The notes under the pieces were generated by a model. It was not told where the DNA came from. It did not search any database and worked only from the letters and a program-made list of their open reading frames with translations. A stretch of DNA of 64,000 nucleotides, taken from assembly GCA_964347475.1 (NCBI GenBank), contig CAYFYY010000004.1, forward strand, positions 15,997-79,996. Reading direction: 5' to 3'. This DNA is from an uncultured Flavobacteriales bacterium. Its GTDB lineage: Bacteria; Pseudomonadota; Alphaproteobacteria; UBA8366; JADFVY01. The translations under genes and the position numbers were made by a program. Shown here piece by piece: positions 55,435 through 64,000 of this stretch (position 1 is the stretch's first letter; each line of letters begins with the position of its first letter).

Positions 55435-56765
55435 ACCGTCGCCGCGGCGATCGCCGCATCGATCGCCTCGGCCAGCCGATCAACGATCAGGTCGATATGG
55501 CCGGGCTCGACAATGAAGGGCGGCGCCAGCAGGACATGGTCGCCTTTCTTGCCGTCCACCGTTCCGCCCATCGGGTAGCAGATCAGGCCGCGCCGCATCG
55601 CCTCGGCCTTGATGCGCGCGTTGAGCCGCGTGGCCGGATCGAAAGGCTCCTTCGTCGTGCGGTCGGCGACCAGCTCGACGCCGCGGAACAGGCCGCGGCC
55701 GCGGATGTCGCCGACGTGGCGGTGATTGCCGAGTCGTTCGGTCAGCGCGCGGTCCAGCAGGTCGCCCATGGCCCGGACGTTGGCCAGGAGATCCTCCTCC
55801 GCGATGACCTTCTGCACCTCGAGGGCGGCGGCGCAGGCCGTCGGGTGTCCCATATAGGTATGGCCGTGCTGGAAGAAGCCCGAGCCGCCGCGGATCGCCT
55901 CGTAGATCCGGCCGGCGACCATGGTCGCACCGATCGGCTGATAGCCGGCGCCAAGCCCCTTCGCCACGGTCATGATGTCGGGCGCGACGCCGTCGTGCTC
56001 GCAGGCATGCAGGGTGCCGGTGCGGCCCATGCCGCACATCACCTCGTCGAGGATCATCACAACGCCGTAGCGGTCGCAGATCTCTCTAATCCGCCGGAAA
56101 TATCCTTCGGCCGCGGGCACCGCTCCAAGGGTCGCGCCGACCACGGGCTCGGCGATGAAGGCGATGACGGTGTCGGCGCCGAGCTCGAGGATTTTGGTTT
56201 CCAGCTCGTCGGCGACGCGCCGGCCGAAGTCCGCTTCGCTCTCGCCGTCCTCGGCCCAGCGGTAGGCGAAGCAGGGAGAGATGTGGTGCGTTTCGATCAG
56301 CAGCGGCTCGTACTGCTGGCGCCGCCACATGTTGCCGCCGGCCGCCAGCGCCCCCAGGGTGTTGCCGTGATAGCTCTGCAGCCGCGCGATCACGTGTCGG
56401 CGCTGCGGCTGGCCGATCTCGACGAAATACTGCCGCGCGAGCTTGAGCGCCGCCTCCACCGCCTCCGAGCCGCCGGAGACGAAATAGACATGGTCGATGC
56501 CGGTCGGCGCGTCCGCGACCAGCCGGTCGGCCAGCGTCTCCGCCGCCTCGCTGGTAAAAAAGCCGGTATGGGCGAACGGGATGGCGTCCAGCTGCCCCTT
56601 GATCGCCGCCACCACCCGGGCGTTGCTGTGGCCGAGGCAGGACACCGCGGCGCCGCCCGAGGCGTCGAGATAGCGCTTGCCGTCGCGGTCCTCGATGAAC
56701 ACGCCGTCGCCCCTCGCCGCGACGGGGTAATGGGCGCTCGTGTGGCGGTGGAAGACGTGAGTCAT
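55431..56765 (-). CDS. class III (omega) aminotransferase
   Basis: 444 aa with FVSGGSEAVEAALKLARQY, ILDEVMCGMGRTG and DIMTVAKGLGAGY (PLP-lysine). Confidence 0.92.
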   Translation of the reverse strand: MTHVFHRHTSAHYPVAARGDGVFIEDRDGKRYLDASGGAAVSCLGHSNARVVAAIKGQLDAIPFAHTGFFTSEAAETLADRLVADAPTGIDHVYFVSGGSEAVEAALKLARQYFVEIGQPQRRHVIARLQSYHGNTLGALAAGGNMWRRQQYEPLLIETHHISPCFAYRWAEDGESEADFGRRVADELETKILELGADTVIAFIAEPVVGATLGAVPAAEGYFRRIREICDRYGVVMILDEVMCGMGRTGTLHACEHDGVAPDIMTVAKGLGAGYQPIGATMVAGRIYEAIRGGSGFFQHGHTYMGHPTACAAALEVQKVIAEEDLLANVRAMGDLLDRALTERLGNHRHVGDIRGRGLFRGVELVADRTTKEPFDPATRLNARIKAEAMRRGLICYPMGGTVDGKKGDHVLLAPPFIVEPGHIDLIVDRLAEAIDAAIAAATV

Positions 56766-56913
56766 GACCTCGGAAATCCGTGACTGGCGATGCGCCGGGC
56801 GCGGCTCCGGCGGCGGCCCATAATGGCGTCGCCCCCGCCCGAGGTCCAGACGATGTTGTGCGGTCTTGCAGCCGAATCGCCTCGCCGTTGCGTCACGGCC
56901 GGCATCTTGACCG

Positions 56914-57570
56914 TCACGCGCCGGGTCCGCGCACGATCTTCTCGCCCTCGGTCAGGGTCCACACGACGATGTCCTTGATCGTGCTGCCCAGCGCCTCGTC
57001 GAACGCCATGACGATGCCGGCCATCGCGTTCCGCTTCGCCCTCACCCGATGTTCGAACGTCTGGGAGGCGACGATGACGCGTTGCGGCATGCGCACCAGC
57101 TTGGCGTTGATGCGCACGCGAACCCAGGGTGGCTCGCTGGCGGCCCCCTCCGCCGGCTTCCTGTCGTATTCCGCCTGGAACTCGCGCAGCTCCGATTTGA
57201 GCAGGAGGTTGGAGCGCAGGCCGATGGCGTCGCTGCCGACGGCGACGATGCGTCCGGAGTTCTCGAACGATTCGACGATCAACCGCTGGACCATCTCCGG
57301 CGCCCGGTCGGTCCAGTTGGCGCGGGCGAAATAGTCGATCTCGATCGGGCTGTACGAGACCGCGATACGCGGCGAATCGAGGGCCGCCGGCGACGTTGTC
57401 TTCTCCACCAGAAGCTGCCATTCCACGTGGTTCAGGTCGTCGGGATAGGTGCTCTTCGGGGTCAGCACATAGAGCTGCGCCGGCTCTCCCGTCCCCGGCA
57501 GCGGCACGGTGCAGCCCATGAGGACGGCGGCGATGACCAGGGCCGTACGCCTTGAGATCCATCGCATCAT
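56914..57570 (-). CDS. ABC-type transport auxiliary lipoprotein (DUF330 / PqiC-YmbA-like)
   Basis: It has a lipobox (VLMGC), is 218 aa long, and overlaps the MCE gene by 4 nt. Confidence 0.8.
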   Translation of the reverse strand: MMRWISRRTALVIAAVLMGCTVPLPGTGEPAQLYVLTPKSTYPDDLNHVEWQLLVEKTTSPAALDSPRIAVSYSPIEIDYFARANWTDRAPEMVQRLIVESFENSGRIVAVGSDAIGLRSNLLLKSELREFQAEYDRKPAEGAASEPPWVRVRINAKLVRMPQRVIVASQTFEHRVRAKRNAMAGIVMAFDEALGSTIKDIVVWTLTEGEKIVRGPGA

Positions 57571-58520
57571 TTGACCTCCACCCCCTGTTGCTGGTCGCCG
57601 AACAGGAACCGCGCCGGGTCGCGCTCGATCTGTTCTGTCAGCCGACTCAATGCACTCACCAGAATCCGCGCCTCGGCCATCAGCTGTCCGAACTCGTACA
57701 GGCCGGTGGAACTGAAATTGCTGATCGGTTCGCGGTTCTCCGTCATGAATTTCGCGAATTCCTCCGAAGCTATGGTCAGCTGCGCGATCGCCTTGCGGAC
57801 CTCCGCGAGCACGAGGCGCGTGTCCTTCGTGACGCCACCGACATCCTTTTCGATCGAGGCGAGCATGACGTTGGCGCGGTCGGTCACCTGGCGAAGGCCT
57901 TCCATCGTCAGCACCCCTTCGGCGAGCATCGCCTCGACCTGATCGCTGCTGCCCGCGAGGGTACCGGTCATCGCTTTGATATTGTCGAGGGAACTCGCGA
58001 TGCTTTCCAGGTTGGCGTCGCTCAGCAGCTTCTCCATCTGGCCGACCACCGCGATGGTCCGTTTGAGCAGTTCCGGCGCCGCGTCGATCAGCGCGGCCAA
58101 TTGCGATGGACTCGACCGGATGACGGCACGGTCGCGGCCGGGCGGGGGCCTGAGGGGCGGCGACTTCTGCGTGCCACCGGTCAGCTGGATGTACGATACG
58201 CCAGTGATGCCCTGCATCGCGAGCGTGGCCTCGGTATCTTCACGGATCGGCGTGCCGGCCTCCACCTCGATGGTGACCAGGACCTGCTCGACGTTGTCCG
58301 GATCGATCCGCATGTCGACGACTCCGCCCACCGGAATGCCCCTGTATTGCACGGCATTGCCCGGCTTGAGGCCGGCGACGCTGCCCTCGAAATAGATGTC
58401 GTAGAGCACCGTGCCCCGCTCGGAGCGCGAGCCGGCGATCCAGACCGCGGTGGCGATCATCGCCGTGATGCCGACGATGACGAAGATCCCGACCAGCAGA
58501 TAGCTCGCTCGTGTCTCCAC
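57567..58520 (-). CDS. MlaD/MCE family substrate-binding protein
   Basis: The start is placed at the GTG at 58520 (METRASYLLVGIFVIVG), overlapping the mlaF stop by 1 nt. It has an MCE domain (GLKPGNAVQYRGIPVGGV). Confidence 0.88.
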   Translation of the reverse strand: METRASYLLVGIFVIVGITAMIATAVWIAGSRSERGTVLYDIYFEGSVAGLKPGNAVQYRGIPVGGVVDMRIDPDNVEQVLVTIEVEAGTPIREDTEATLAMQGITGVSYIQLTGGTQKSPPLRPPPGRDRAVIRSSPSQLAALIDAAPELLKRTIAVVGQMEKLLSDANLESIASSLDNIKAMTGTLAGSSDQVEAMLAEGVLTMEGLRQVTDRANVMLASIEKDVGGVTKDTRLVLAEVRKAIAQLTIASEEFAKFMTENREPISNFSSTGLYEFGQLMAEARILVSALSRLTEQIERDPARFLFGDQQQGVEVK

Positions 58521-59308
58521 TATGACCCTTCCCTGGACGGCGTGCCGGCGGCTGCGATGGCGGCGCGCGCCCGCGGCCCGTGGAAATAGGCCTGAATCCA
58601 CGGATGCATGTCGCGCATGTGCTCGGCCATTGTGCCCACGCGGACCCTTTTGTCCACCAGCACCGCAATGCGGTCGCAGATCGCGGCGAGGCTGTCGAGA
58701 TCGTGCGTTACCATCACGACGGTCAGGCCCAGGCTCCGCTGGAGGCCGTGGATCAACTCGTCGAACTCGGCGGCGCCGATCGGATCGAGGCCGGCGGTCG
58801 GCTCGTCGAGGAAGACCACCTCCGGGTCAAGCGCCAGGGCCCGGGCCAGGCCCGCACGCTTGCGCATGCCGCCGGACAGTTCGGCCGGATACTTCGGGCC
58901 TGCATCGGCCGGCAGGCCTACCATGGCGATCTTCAGGGCCGCCATTTCGTCCATCAGCTGTCGTGGCAGCCGCAGGTGTTCGCGCATCGGCGCCTGCACG
59001 TTCTCGGTGACCGTGAGCGACGAGAACAGGGCGCCGTCCTGGAATAGCACGCCGCAGCGGGTCTGGGCCGCCGCGCGGGCCTGGGCGTCGCCGCGCAGCA
59101 CGTCGATCCCGAGCAGCTCCACGGTGCCGGCGCGCGGCCGGTTGAGGCCGAGGATGGTGCGCATCAGCACCGATTTGCCGCTGCCCGAACCGCCGACCAC
59201 GCCGAGCACCTCGCCGCGCCGCACCTCCAGATCCAGCGAATCATGGACCACCTGCTCGCCGAACTCGTTGCGCAGTCCGTGCACGCGGATCACCGCCTCG
59301 CCGGCCAT
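58520..59308 (-). CDS. Mla-type ABC transporter ATP-binding protein
   Basis: It has Walker A GGSGSGKS, the signature LSGGMRKRAGLARAL and Walker B VVFLDEPTAGLD. Confidence 0.93.
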   Translation of the reverse strand: MAGEAVIRVHGLRNEFGEQVVHDSLDLEVRRGEVLGVVGGSGSGKSVLMRTILGLNRPRAGTVELLGIDVLRGDAQARAAAQTRCGVLFQDGALFSSLTVTENVQAPMREHLRLPRQLMDEMAALKIAMVGLPADAGPKYPAELSGGMRKRAGLARALALDPEVVFLDEPTAGLDPIGAAEFDELIHGLQRSLGLTVVMVTHDLDSLAAICDRIAVLVDKRVRVGTMAEHMRDMHPWIQAYFHGPRARAAIAAAGTPSREGS

Positions 59309-59310
59309 CC

Positions 59311-60444
59311 TCAGATCCCCATCGTGGCGAACATGATGGAGAACGCCGCGTCCGCGACGATCACAAGGAAGATCGACAGCACGACGGCGCGCGTCGTCAT
59401 CCGGCCGACGCTCTCGGCACCGCCGGACACCCTGAGGCCCTCGTAACAGCCGACGATTCCGATGATGAAGGCGAAGGCCGGCGCCTTGACGAGTCCCACC
59501 ATGAAATGGGCGAAGGTCGCCGCCTCCTCGAGCCGGACCAGGAACTGCGTGGTGCTCATGTCCATCGTGACGATCGCCATCGCGGCGCCGCCGACCAGCC
59601 CGACGATGTCGGCGAATACCGTGAGCATCGGCAGCGCGATCACGAGGGCGATGAGCCGGGGCAGCACCAGCACTTCCACCGGGTCGAGACCCAGCGCCTG
59701 CATTGCCGCGATCTCCTCGTTGACTTTCATGGTGCCGATCTCCGCCGTGAAGGCGGATCCCGAGCGGCCCGCGATCATGATCGCGGTCAGCAGCACGCCC
59801 AGCTCGCGCAGGATCGTGATGGCGAGCATGTCGATGGTCAGGATCTCGAAGCCGAGGCTGCGCAGCTGCACCGAGCCCTGGTAGGCGATCACGATGCCGA
59901 TCAGGAACGTCATCAGGAGGATGATCGGGATCGCGTTCAGTCCCGCCCGCTCTAGCTGGTTGGCCAGCGGGACGAGGCGAAACCGGCGCGGGCGCAGGAA
60001 ATGCCGCAGGAAGGTCACCGTCACCTCGCCGACGAAACCGAGCAGCGCCGTCAGTTCCCGCCCGGCGGCGACGGTGGTGCGTCCAAGCCGCTCGATGGCG
60101 ACGGCAACAGGGTTGCGGCGCGACGCTTCCGGCGGCTCCCGGCCCTCGTTGTCGGCCACGAGGTCGAACAGCGGCTGCATCTGCGCCGAAATGCCCTCGA
60201 AGTCAACGCGCGCCCCCGCGGCCTCGTAACGGCGCGCTGCGGTGCGCAGCAGGTGGACGCCCGCCGTGTCGACGCGGTCCAGCGCCGACAGATCGAAGCG
60301 GACGCGCTCGGACCGCTCCGGCTCCAGCCCCATGACGGCCTGCTCCAGCGCGGCCGCCCCGGCAATCGTCCACATGCCGCCCGCCGAAACGACGAGCCGC
60401 CCGTCCGCCGCTGCCTGTCTGATCCAGCCCGGCCCGTCGCCCAT
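59311..60444 (-). CDS. MlaE-family ABC permease with N-terminal STAS-like domain
   Basis: The start is set at the ATG at 60444 (MGDGPGWIRQ...). A ~110-aa STAS-like region (RFDLSALDRVDTAGVHLL) precedes the MlaE core (GRSGSAFTAEIGTMKVNEEI). Confidence 0.88.
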   Translation of the reverse strand: MGDGPGWIRQAAADGRLVVSAGGMWTIAGAAALEQAVMGLEPERSERVRFDLSALDRVDTAGVHLLRTAARRYEAAGARVDFEGISAQMQPLFDLVADNEGREPPEASRRNPVAVAIERLGRTTVAAGRELTALLGFVGEVTVTFLRHFLRPRRFRLVPLANQLERAGLNAIPIILLMTFLIGIVIAYQGSVQLRSLGFEILTIDMLAITILRELGVLLTAIMIAGRSGSAFTAEIGTMKVNEEIAAMQALGLDPVEVLVLPRLIALVIALPMLTVFADIVGLVGGAAMAIVTMDMSTTQFLVRLEEAATFAHFMVGLVKAPAFAFIIGIVGCYEGLRVSGGAESVGRMTTRAVVLSIFLVIVADAAFSIMFATMGI

Positions 60445-60746
60445 GCCTGCCCCGCTACGGTTCGCGCTCGGAGCATAGCCGAGTCGCCCGGCCCGGCAAA
60501 GCGGGCGGATGCGACGGGCTGCCGGGCCGGGCCGCGTGGCCGGCACCGGTGGAACGACCCCATGCAAAGGCGTTTTCCGCGGCTTTCGGGACCGCCAAAG
60601 GGGCCCGATCACACGATCGTGTGCGGCGCGCGCGACGCGGTACCGAATCGTGACCGGACGGGGAGCGTTTCGTGAGGATTTGCCGCCAATCCTGTCCGCC
60701 CGGGCCAGTACGGCCCGTGCATTCAGATCTGGAAAGGAGGGTCACC

Positions 60747-61127
60747 ATGAGAACATTGAAGATCCTGACAACGGTCCTGCCGGTGCTGGCGCTCGCCGCC
60801 GGGCTTACGGTCTCGACCGGGGCCGGCGCGGGGGCATCGTTCGATACGCCGCCGGCCGGCGCGCCGCGCAGCACCGGCCCGGTCATCTACGTGACCGGCC
60901 AGGACCTCTATTTCGATACCATCGTGCTCGGGCCGCTGCCGTTCGAGGGACCGTTCCAGAAACTCGAGGCGGCCGGGCCGACCGGCCTGCAGACCGAGTT
61001 CGGCCCCGGGGACCACGGCTATGTCGGCGGCCGCTGGTGGCTGGATGCCAGCGGCGACGGCGTGATGGACGCCGGCGACGTCTACTTCCTGTGCCCGCTG
61101 CTGGGGCCGGGCCGGGTCGCACCGTGA
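60747..61127 (+). CDS. small secreted hypothetical protein
   Basis: The ATG at 60747 is preceded by GGAAAGGAGGG. It has the signal peptide MRTLKILTTVLPVLALAAG. I recognise no family. Confidence 0.55.
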   Translation: MRTLKILTTVLPVLALAAGLTVSTGAGAGASFDTPPAGAPRSTGPVIYVTGQDLYFDTIVLGPLPFEGPFQKLEAAGPTGLQTEFGPGDHGYVGGRWWLDASGDGVMDAGDVYFLCPLLGPGRVAP

Positions 61128-61298
61128 CGCGACACTGACGGCGTCGAAGCGGCTCCCCGGGGGCGTGCCGCCGCCGGGGAGCCGTTGCGGTCCCGTCGGC
61201 AGACGCGGTACGCCCCCGGTCACTGCGCCGCATTGCCCCCGCCGGTATGCCTCGCTAAAGTGCCGCCGGCCACATTCGTTCACGGGGGCGGCGCGCGC

Positions 61299-61814
61299 AT
61301 GGATCTGAAGCAGCATATCCGGAACATCCCGGATTTCCCCAAGCCGGGGATCAATTTCTACGACATCTCGCCGATGCTCGCGCATCCTCGGGCCTGGCAC
61401 TACTGCACCGCCAAGCTGGCGGGCATGGTCGCGGACTGGGAGCCGGACATCCTCGTCGGCATCGACAGCCGCGGCTTCCTCGTCGCGGCGCCGCTGGCCC
61501 TGCATATCGGCTGCGGGTTCGCCATGCTGCGCAAACAGGGCAAGCTGCCGGGGAAGACCATCTCGCACACCTACGATCTCGAATACGGCACCGACACGGT
61601 GGAAATCCAGGCCGACGCCATCGAGAAGGGCCAGCGCGTCGTCGTGCTGGACGATTTGATGGCGACCGGCGGCACCATGTCGGCCGGTATCGACCTGATC
61701 CGCGAGGTCGGCGGCGACGTGCGCGGCGCCGCCTGCGTCATCGAGCTGACCTTCCTGGGCGGCCGCAAGAAGATCGACGTGCCCTTCGAGGTGCTGTTGA
61801 AATTCGACGTGTAG
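61299..61814 (+). CDS. apt: adenine phosphoribosyltransferase
   Basis: From the ATG at 61299 the sequence reads [25 protein letters not shown]. The PRPP-binding motif is [13 protein letters not shown]. Confidence 0.93.
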   Translation: MDLKQHIRNIPDFPKPGINFYDISPMLAHPRAWHYCTAKLAGMVADWEPDILVGIDSRGFLVAAPLALHIGCGFAMLRKQGKLPGKTISHTYDLEYGTDTVEIQADAIEKGQRVVVLDDLMATGGTMSAGIDLIREVGGDVRGAACVIELTFLGGRKKIDVPFEVLLKFDV

Positions 61815-61967
61815 CGGTACCCGCACCAGCGACAGCGCGCGGAACCGGATGCCTGCCGCACTTCAAGACTGTTTGGACTCAGCCGTGAGCAGGCCGGCGC
61901 GACCGCATACTTCGAGACGGCGCTGCGCGCCTCCTCAACATGGAGACCTTTGCAGGAAACAGGATTT

Positions 61968-62067
61968 GTCATCGCGAGGCTGCGACGCAGCCGTGGCGAT
62001 CCAGAAACGGGCACGCTTCGATGACATCCTGGACTGCTGCGTCGGCCTGCGGCCACCTCGCAATGAT
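61968..62067. repeat. REP/MITE-like imperfect palindromic element (GTCATYGCGAGG ... CCTCGCAATGA type)
   Basis: The left arm GTCATCGCGAGGCTGCGACGCAGC...GATCCAG (61968-62004) pairs with the right arm CTGGACTGCTGCGTCGGC...CCTCGCAATGAT (62029-62067). The arms share TCATYGCGAGG, GACGCAGC and TCCAG blocks in inverted orientation. Confidence 0.5.
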
Positions 62068-62127
62068 ATCTGGTTGTACCCTGCAACGCTTCCCATGCGG
62101 GGGCGTACCGCCGCGTCGGAAAGGGGC

Positions 62128-62159
62128 GGGACGGCGGCCGGGAAGCCCGCCGCCGTCCC
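62128..62159. terminator. GC-rich hairpin between convergent apt and nuclease genes (possible bidirectional terminator)
   Basis: GGGACGGCGGCCGGG-AAG-CCCGCCGCCGTCCC is a ~14-bp stem with a one-nt bulge. The flanking T/A tracts are weak, so terminator function is uncertain. Confidence 0.4.
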
Positions 62160-62184
62160 CCCGTCCAACCCCCGCGCGATGTCT

Positions 62185-63999
62185 TCAGTCCCCGTCGCCC
62201 TCGTCGTCCTGCCCCTTCAGCTTGAGCCGCGCCACGAGAGGCTCATGGTCGCTGCCCACCGTGTCGTCGACGCGCGGGAAGTCGACGTTGACGTGCACGA
62301 TGTCGAGCTTGGCATTGTTCAGGAGCGCGTCACTGACCAGAAGATGGTCGAGGACCTGGGAATTGCCCTCGAAATTGAAGGAGTAGACGTTATCGTCCCC
62401 GAGAGTGCCGATCAGGTTGGTGAGCACGCGGTCCGGCCCGGTGCCGGGCAGGATCTCGGTCAGATCGTTGGTGAACTCGAAGGTATTCAGGTCGCCGAGG
62501 ACGATGATCGCAGCGCCGGGATCCCCGTCGAGCAGGAAATCTACGTAGTCGTTGAGCGCCTGCATCTGCGCCTCGCGCTCGGCTTCGCCGGCCTGCACGA
62601 ACGGCTGGATGCCGCCGAACACCGGTGTCGACCCGAAACGGGACGTCAGATGGTTGTTGATCACCGTGAACTGCGCGCCGGCGAACTCGAACACGCCCAT
62701 GAGCGGGTTCCGCGTGCCGGCGAAGGCCGCCGGGTCGCCGACGCCGGCGAACAGCAGCTCGTCCGGCGTCAGTGAGCGGGACTCCACCAGCTCGATCCAG
62801 TTCGGGTTGTAGAGGAAGGCGTTGCGGATGTTCCCGCCCGGGACCCCTCCGGACGTCCCGTCGGCAGGCGCCACGTCGAAATAGGCGTATTGCGGGCCGC
62901 CGGCGGCGTGTATCGAATCGGCCAGCGCCTGCAGGGTGTGCGAGGCATCGGTCGTGCCGTCGTCGATCTCGCCGCTATTGTCCTGGATCTCCTGCACTGC
63001 GATGACGTCCGGGCTGCCGAGATTGTCTACGATCTGCGAGGCCAGAGTGGTCCGCTGGCGGTCGTCCTCGGGCAGCGGGCTGAGGTTGAGGAGGTTGTAG
63101 GTCGCGACGGTCACCTTGCGCCTGTTTCCCGACAGCCGCGTCACCTCGCGCCGCAGGCCGGCCGGGAAGATGTCGAACTCGGCGATGGCGTTGACCTCGA
63201 AATTGCCGAAGCTGTAGCCGACGACCCCGGTGATGCTGCCGAGCTGGTCGCCGACGGTGATGGCCGGCACGTCTGCCGGGAACAGCGTCCCATCGAGCTG
63301 GATCTGCACCCGTTCCGGGTTCTGGTCGCCCCGGTTGTCGGGATCGGGCTGAAGGCTTATCCCGCCGCGCCGCGTGCGGGCGTCGCGCGGCGCGATATGA
63401 GCGCCGTCATTGGGCAATACGAACAGCTCGCTGCTGAACGCGTTGAAGGTCCGTGTCGCCGACACCGCCACCGGGTCTTCGACCGTGACCAGCATGCCCT
63501 CCAGGCTCTCGTAGAAATCGATGCCGTCGCGTTCCGGATCGAACAGGCCGGCCTCGGTCTGCAGGTTCGCCGGCAGCTCGTCGTCGCTGATGACGTCCCG
63601 GTTCGGCGGGATGCGGCCCCCCGTCCCGATCACGACCGGAAACGGCAGCGGGTTGCCCGAAGACAGAACGGTGAATGCGGGGAACGACATCTGGGTGATG
63701 GACAGGTTGCCGGTTGCCGCGCCGCCGGGAACGAATTCGGTCACCGTGTCGGTCAGTTGCAGATGATCGCCGACCGCCGGTTTCGCGCCGGTCTTGAACA
63801 CGAACAACGCATCCGACGTGGCGTCGTCGCCATCGCCGGTCCGGTCCTGGACGTAGTAGCCGTTGAAGGCCACTGCGGTCACGACACCGCTCGTCGTGAC
63901 CTCCTGTCCCGCATAGGGTGAGATGTGGCCGGCGCCCTGAATCTCGGGGATCGATACGATCGCCTGCGCCTGCGCCTGTCCGCCGGCCCAGAGCGGCAC
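62185..63999 (-). CDS. ExeM/NucH-type extracellular nuclease (endonuclease/exonuclease/phosphatase fold), N-terminus beyond window edge
   Basis: It has the IPEIQGAGHISPYAGQEVTTSGVVTAV OB-like region and an EEP core (ATYNLLNL, IAVQEIQDN, SDHEPLVA). The ORF is still open at position 63999. Confidence 0.8.
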   Translation of the reverse strand: MPLWAGGQAQAQAIVSIPEIQGAGHISPYAGQEVTTSGVVTAVAFNGYYVQDRTGDGDDATSDALFVFKTGAKPAVGDHLQLTDTVTEFVPGGAATGNLSITQMSFPAFTVLSSGNPLPFPVVIGTGGRIPPNRDVISDDELPANLQTEAGLFDPERDGIDFYESLEGMLVTVEDPVAVSATRTFNAFSSELFVLPNDGAHIAPRDARTRRGGISLQPDPDNRGDQNPERVQIQLDGTLFPADVPAITVGDQLGSITGVVGYSFGNFEVNAIAEFDIFPAGLRREVTRLSGNRRKVTVATYNLLNLSPLPEDDRQRTTLASQIVDNLGSPDVIAVQEIQDNSGEIDDGTTDASHTLQALADSIHAAGGPQYAYFDVAPADGTSGGVPGGNIRNAFLYNPNWIELVESRSLTPDELLFAGVGDPAAFAGTRNPLMGVFEFAGAQFTVINNHLTSRFGSTPVFGGIQPFVQAGEAEREAQMQALNDYVDFLLDGDPGAAIIVLGDLNTFEFTNDLTEILPGTGPDRVLTNLIGTLGDDNVYSFNFEGNSQVLDHLLVSDALLNNAKLDIVHVNVDFPRVDDTVGSDHEPLVARLKLKGQDDEGDGD

Positions 64000-64000
64000 C

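Overview
This is a high-GC proteobacterial chromosome segment. The gene content looks alphaproteobacterial: split glyQ/glyS, PPDK, many TRAP/TAXI transporters, and an Mla/MCE set with a STAS-fused permease. I support about 55 protein-coding genes, one tRNA and a few repeats or hairpins.

Layout:
- 1-13.5 kb is housekeeping: ygfZ-like fragment, pyrC, a Sel1 protein, a ZIP transporter, ppdK, glyS, glyQ, sppA, a methyltransferase, ispB and a DUF924 gene.
- tRNA-Pro(CGG) lies at 13528-13604.
- About 13.6-28.5 kb is a visibly lower-GC block devoted to signalling and surface polysaccharide. It holds a tightly coupled operon (CheY-like RR, TPR/beta-barrel porin, membrane HEAT-repeat protein, PgaC/NfrB-like GT2 synthase), then a hybrid HK-HPt, a small secreted protein plus SCO1, a 450-bp AT-rich leader, a PilZ-methyltransferase fusion, a multi-TM histidine kinase and an MCP.
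- 28.5-38.7 kb is a DctPQM-TRAP catabolic locus: CoA-transferase, crotonase, class V aminotransferase, and a divergent YdiJ-like FAD/Fe-S oxidase plus GntR regulator, with repeated operator-like motifs in between.
- 38.7-48.2 kb holds rlpA, a sugar ABC transporter, an FGE-family protein, hypotheticals and an SPFH protein.
- 48.2-56.8 kb is a TAXI-TRAP locus with three tandem binding-protein paralogs, a BKACE enzyme and a class III aminotransferase.
- 56.9-64 kb holds an Mla/MCE transporter, apt, a REP-like palindrome and a truncated ExeM/NucH-type nuclease.

I recognised no CRISPR array, IS/transposase, integrase, prophage, toxin-antitoxin or known defence genes.

The best candidates for something undescribed are two. 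The first is the phosphorelay-associated synthase-dependent exopolysaccharide module (14.1-21.7 kb), which lacks the usual c-di-GMP receptor. The second is the PilZ-SAM-methyltransferase fusion with its AT-rich leader and neighbouring orphan kinase (23.1-26.5 kb). All functional calls come from reading motifs in the translated ORFs. No database search was possible.
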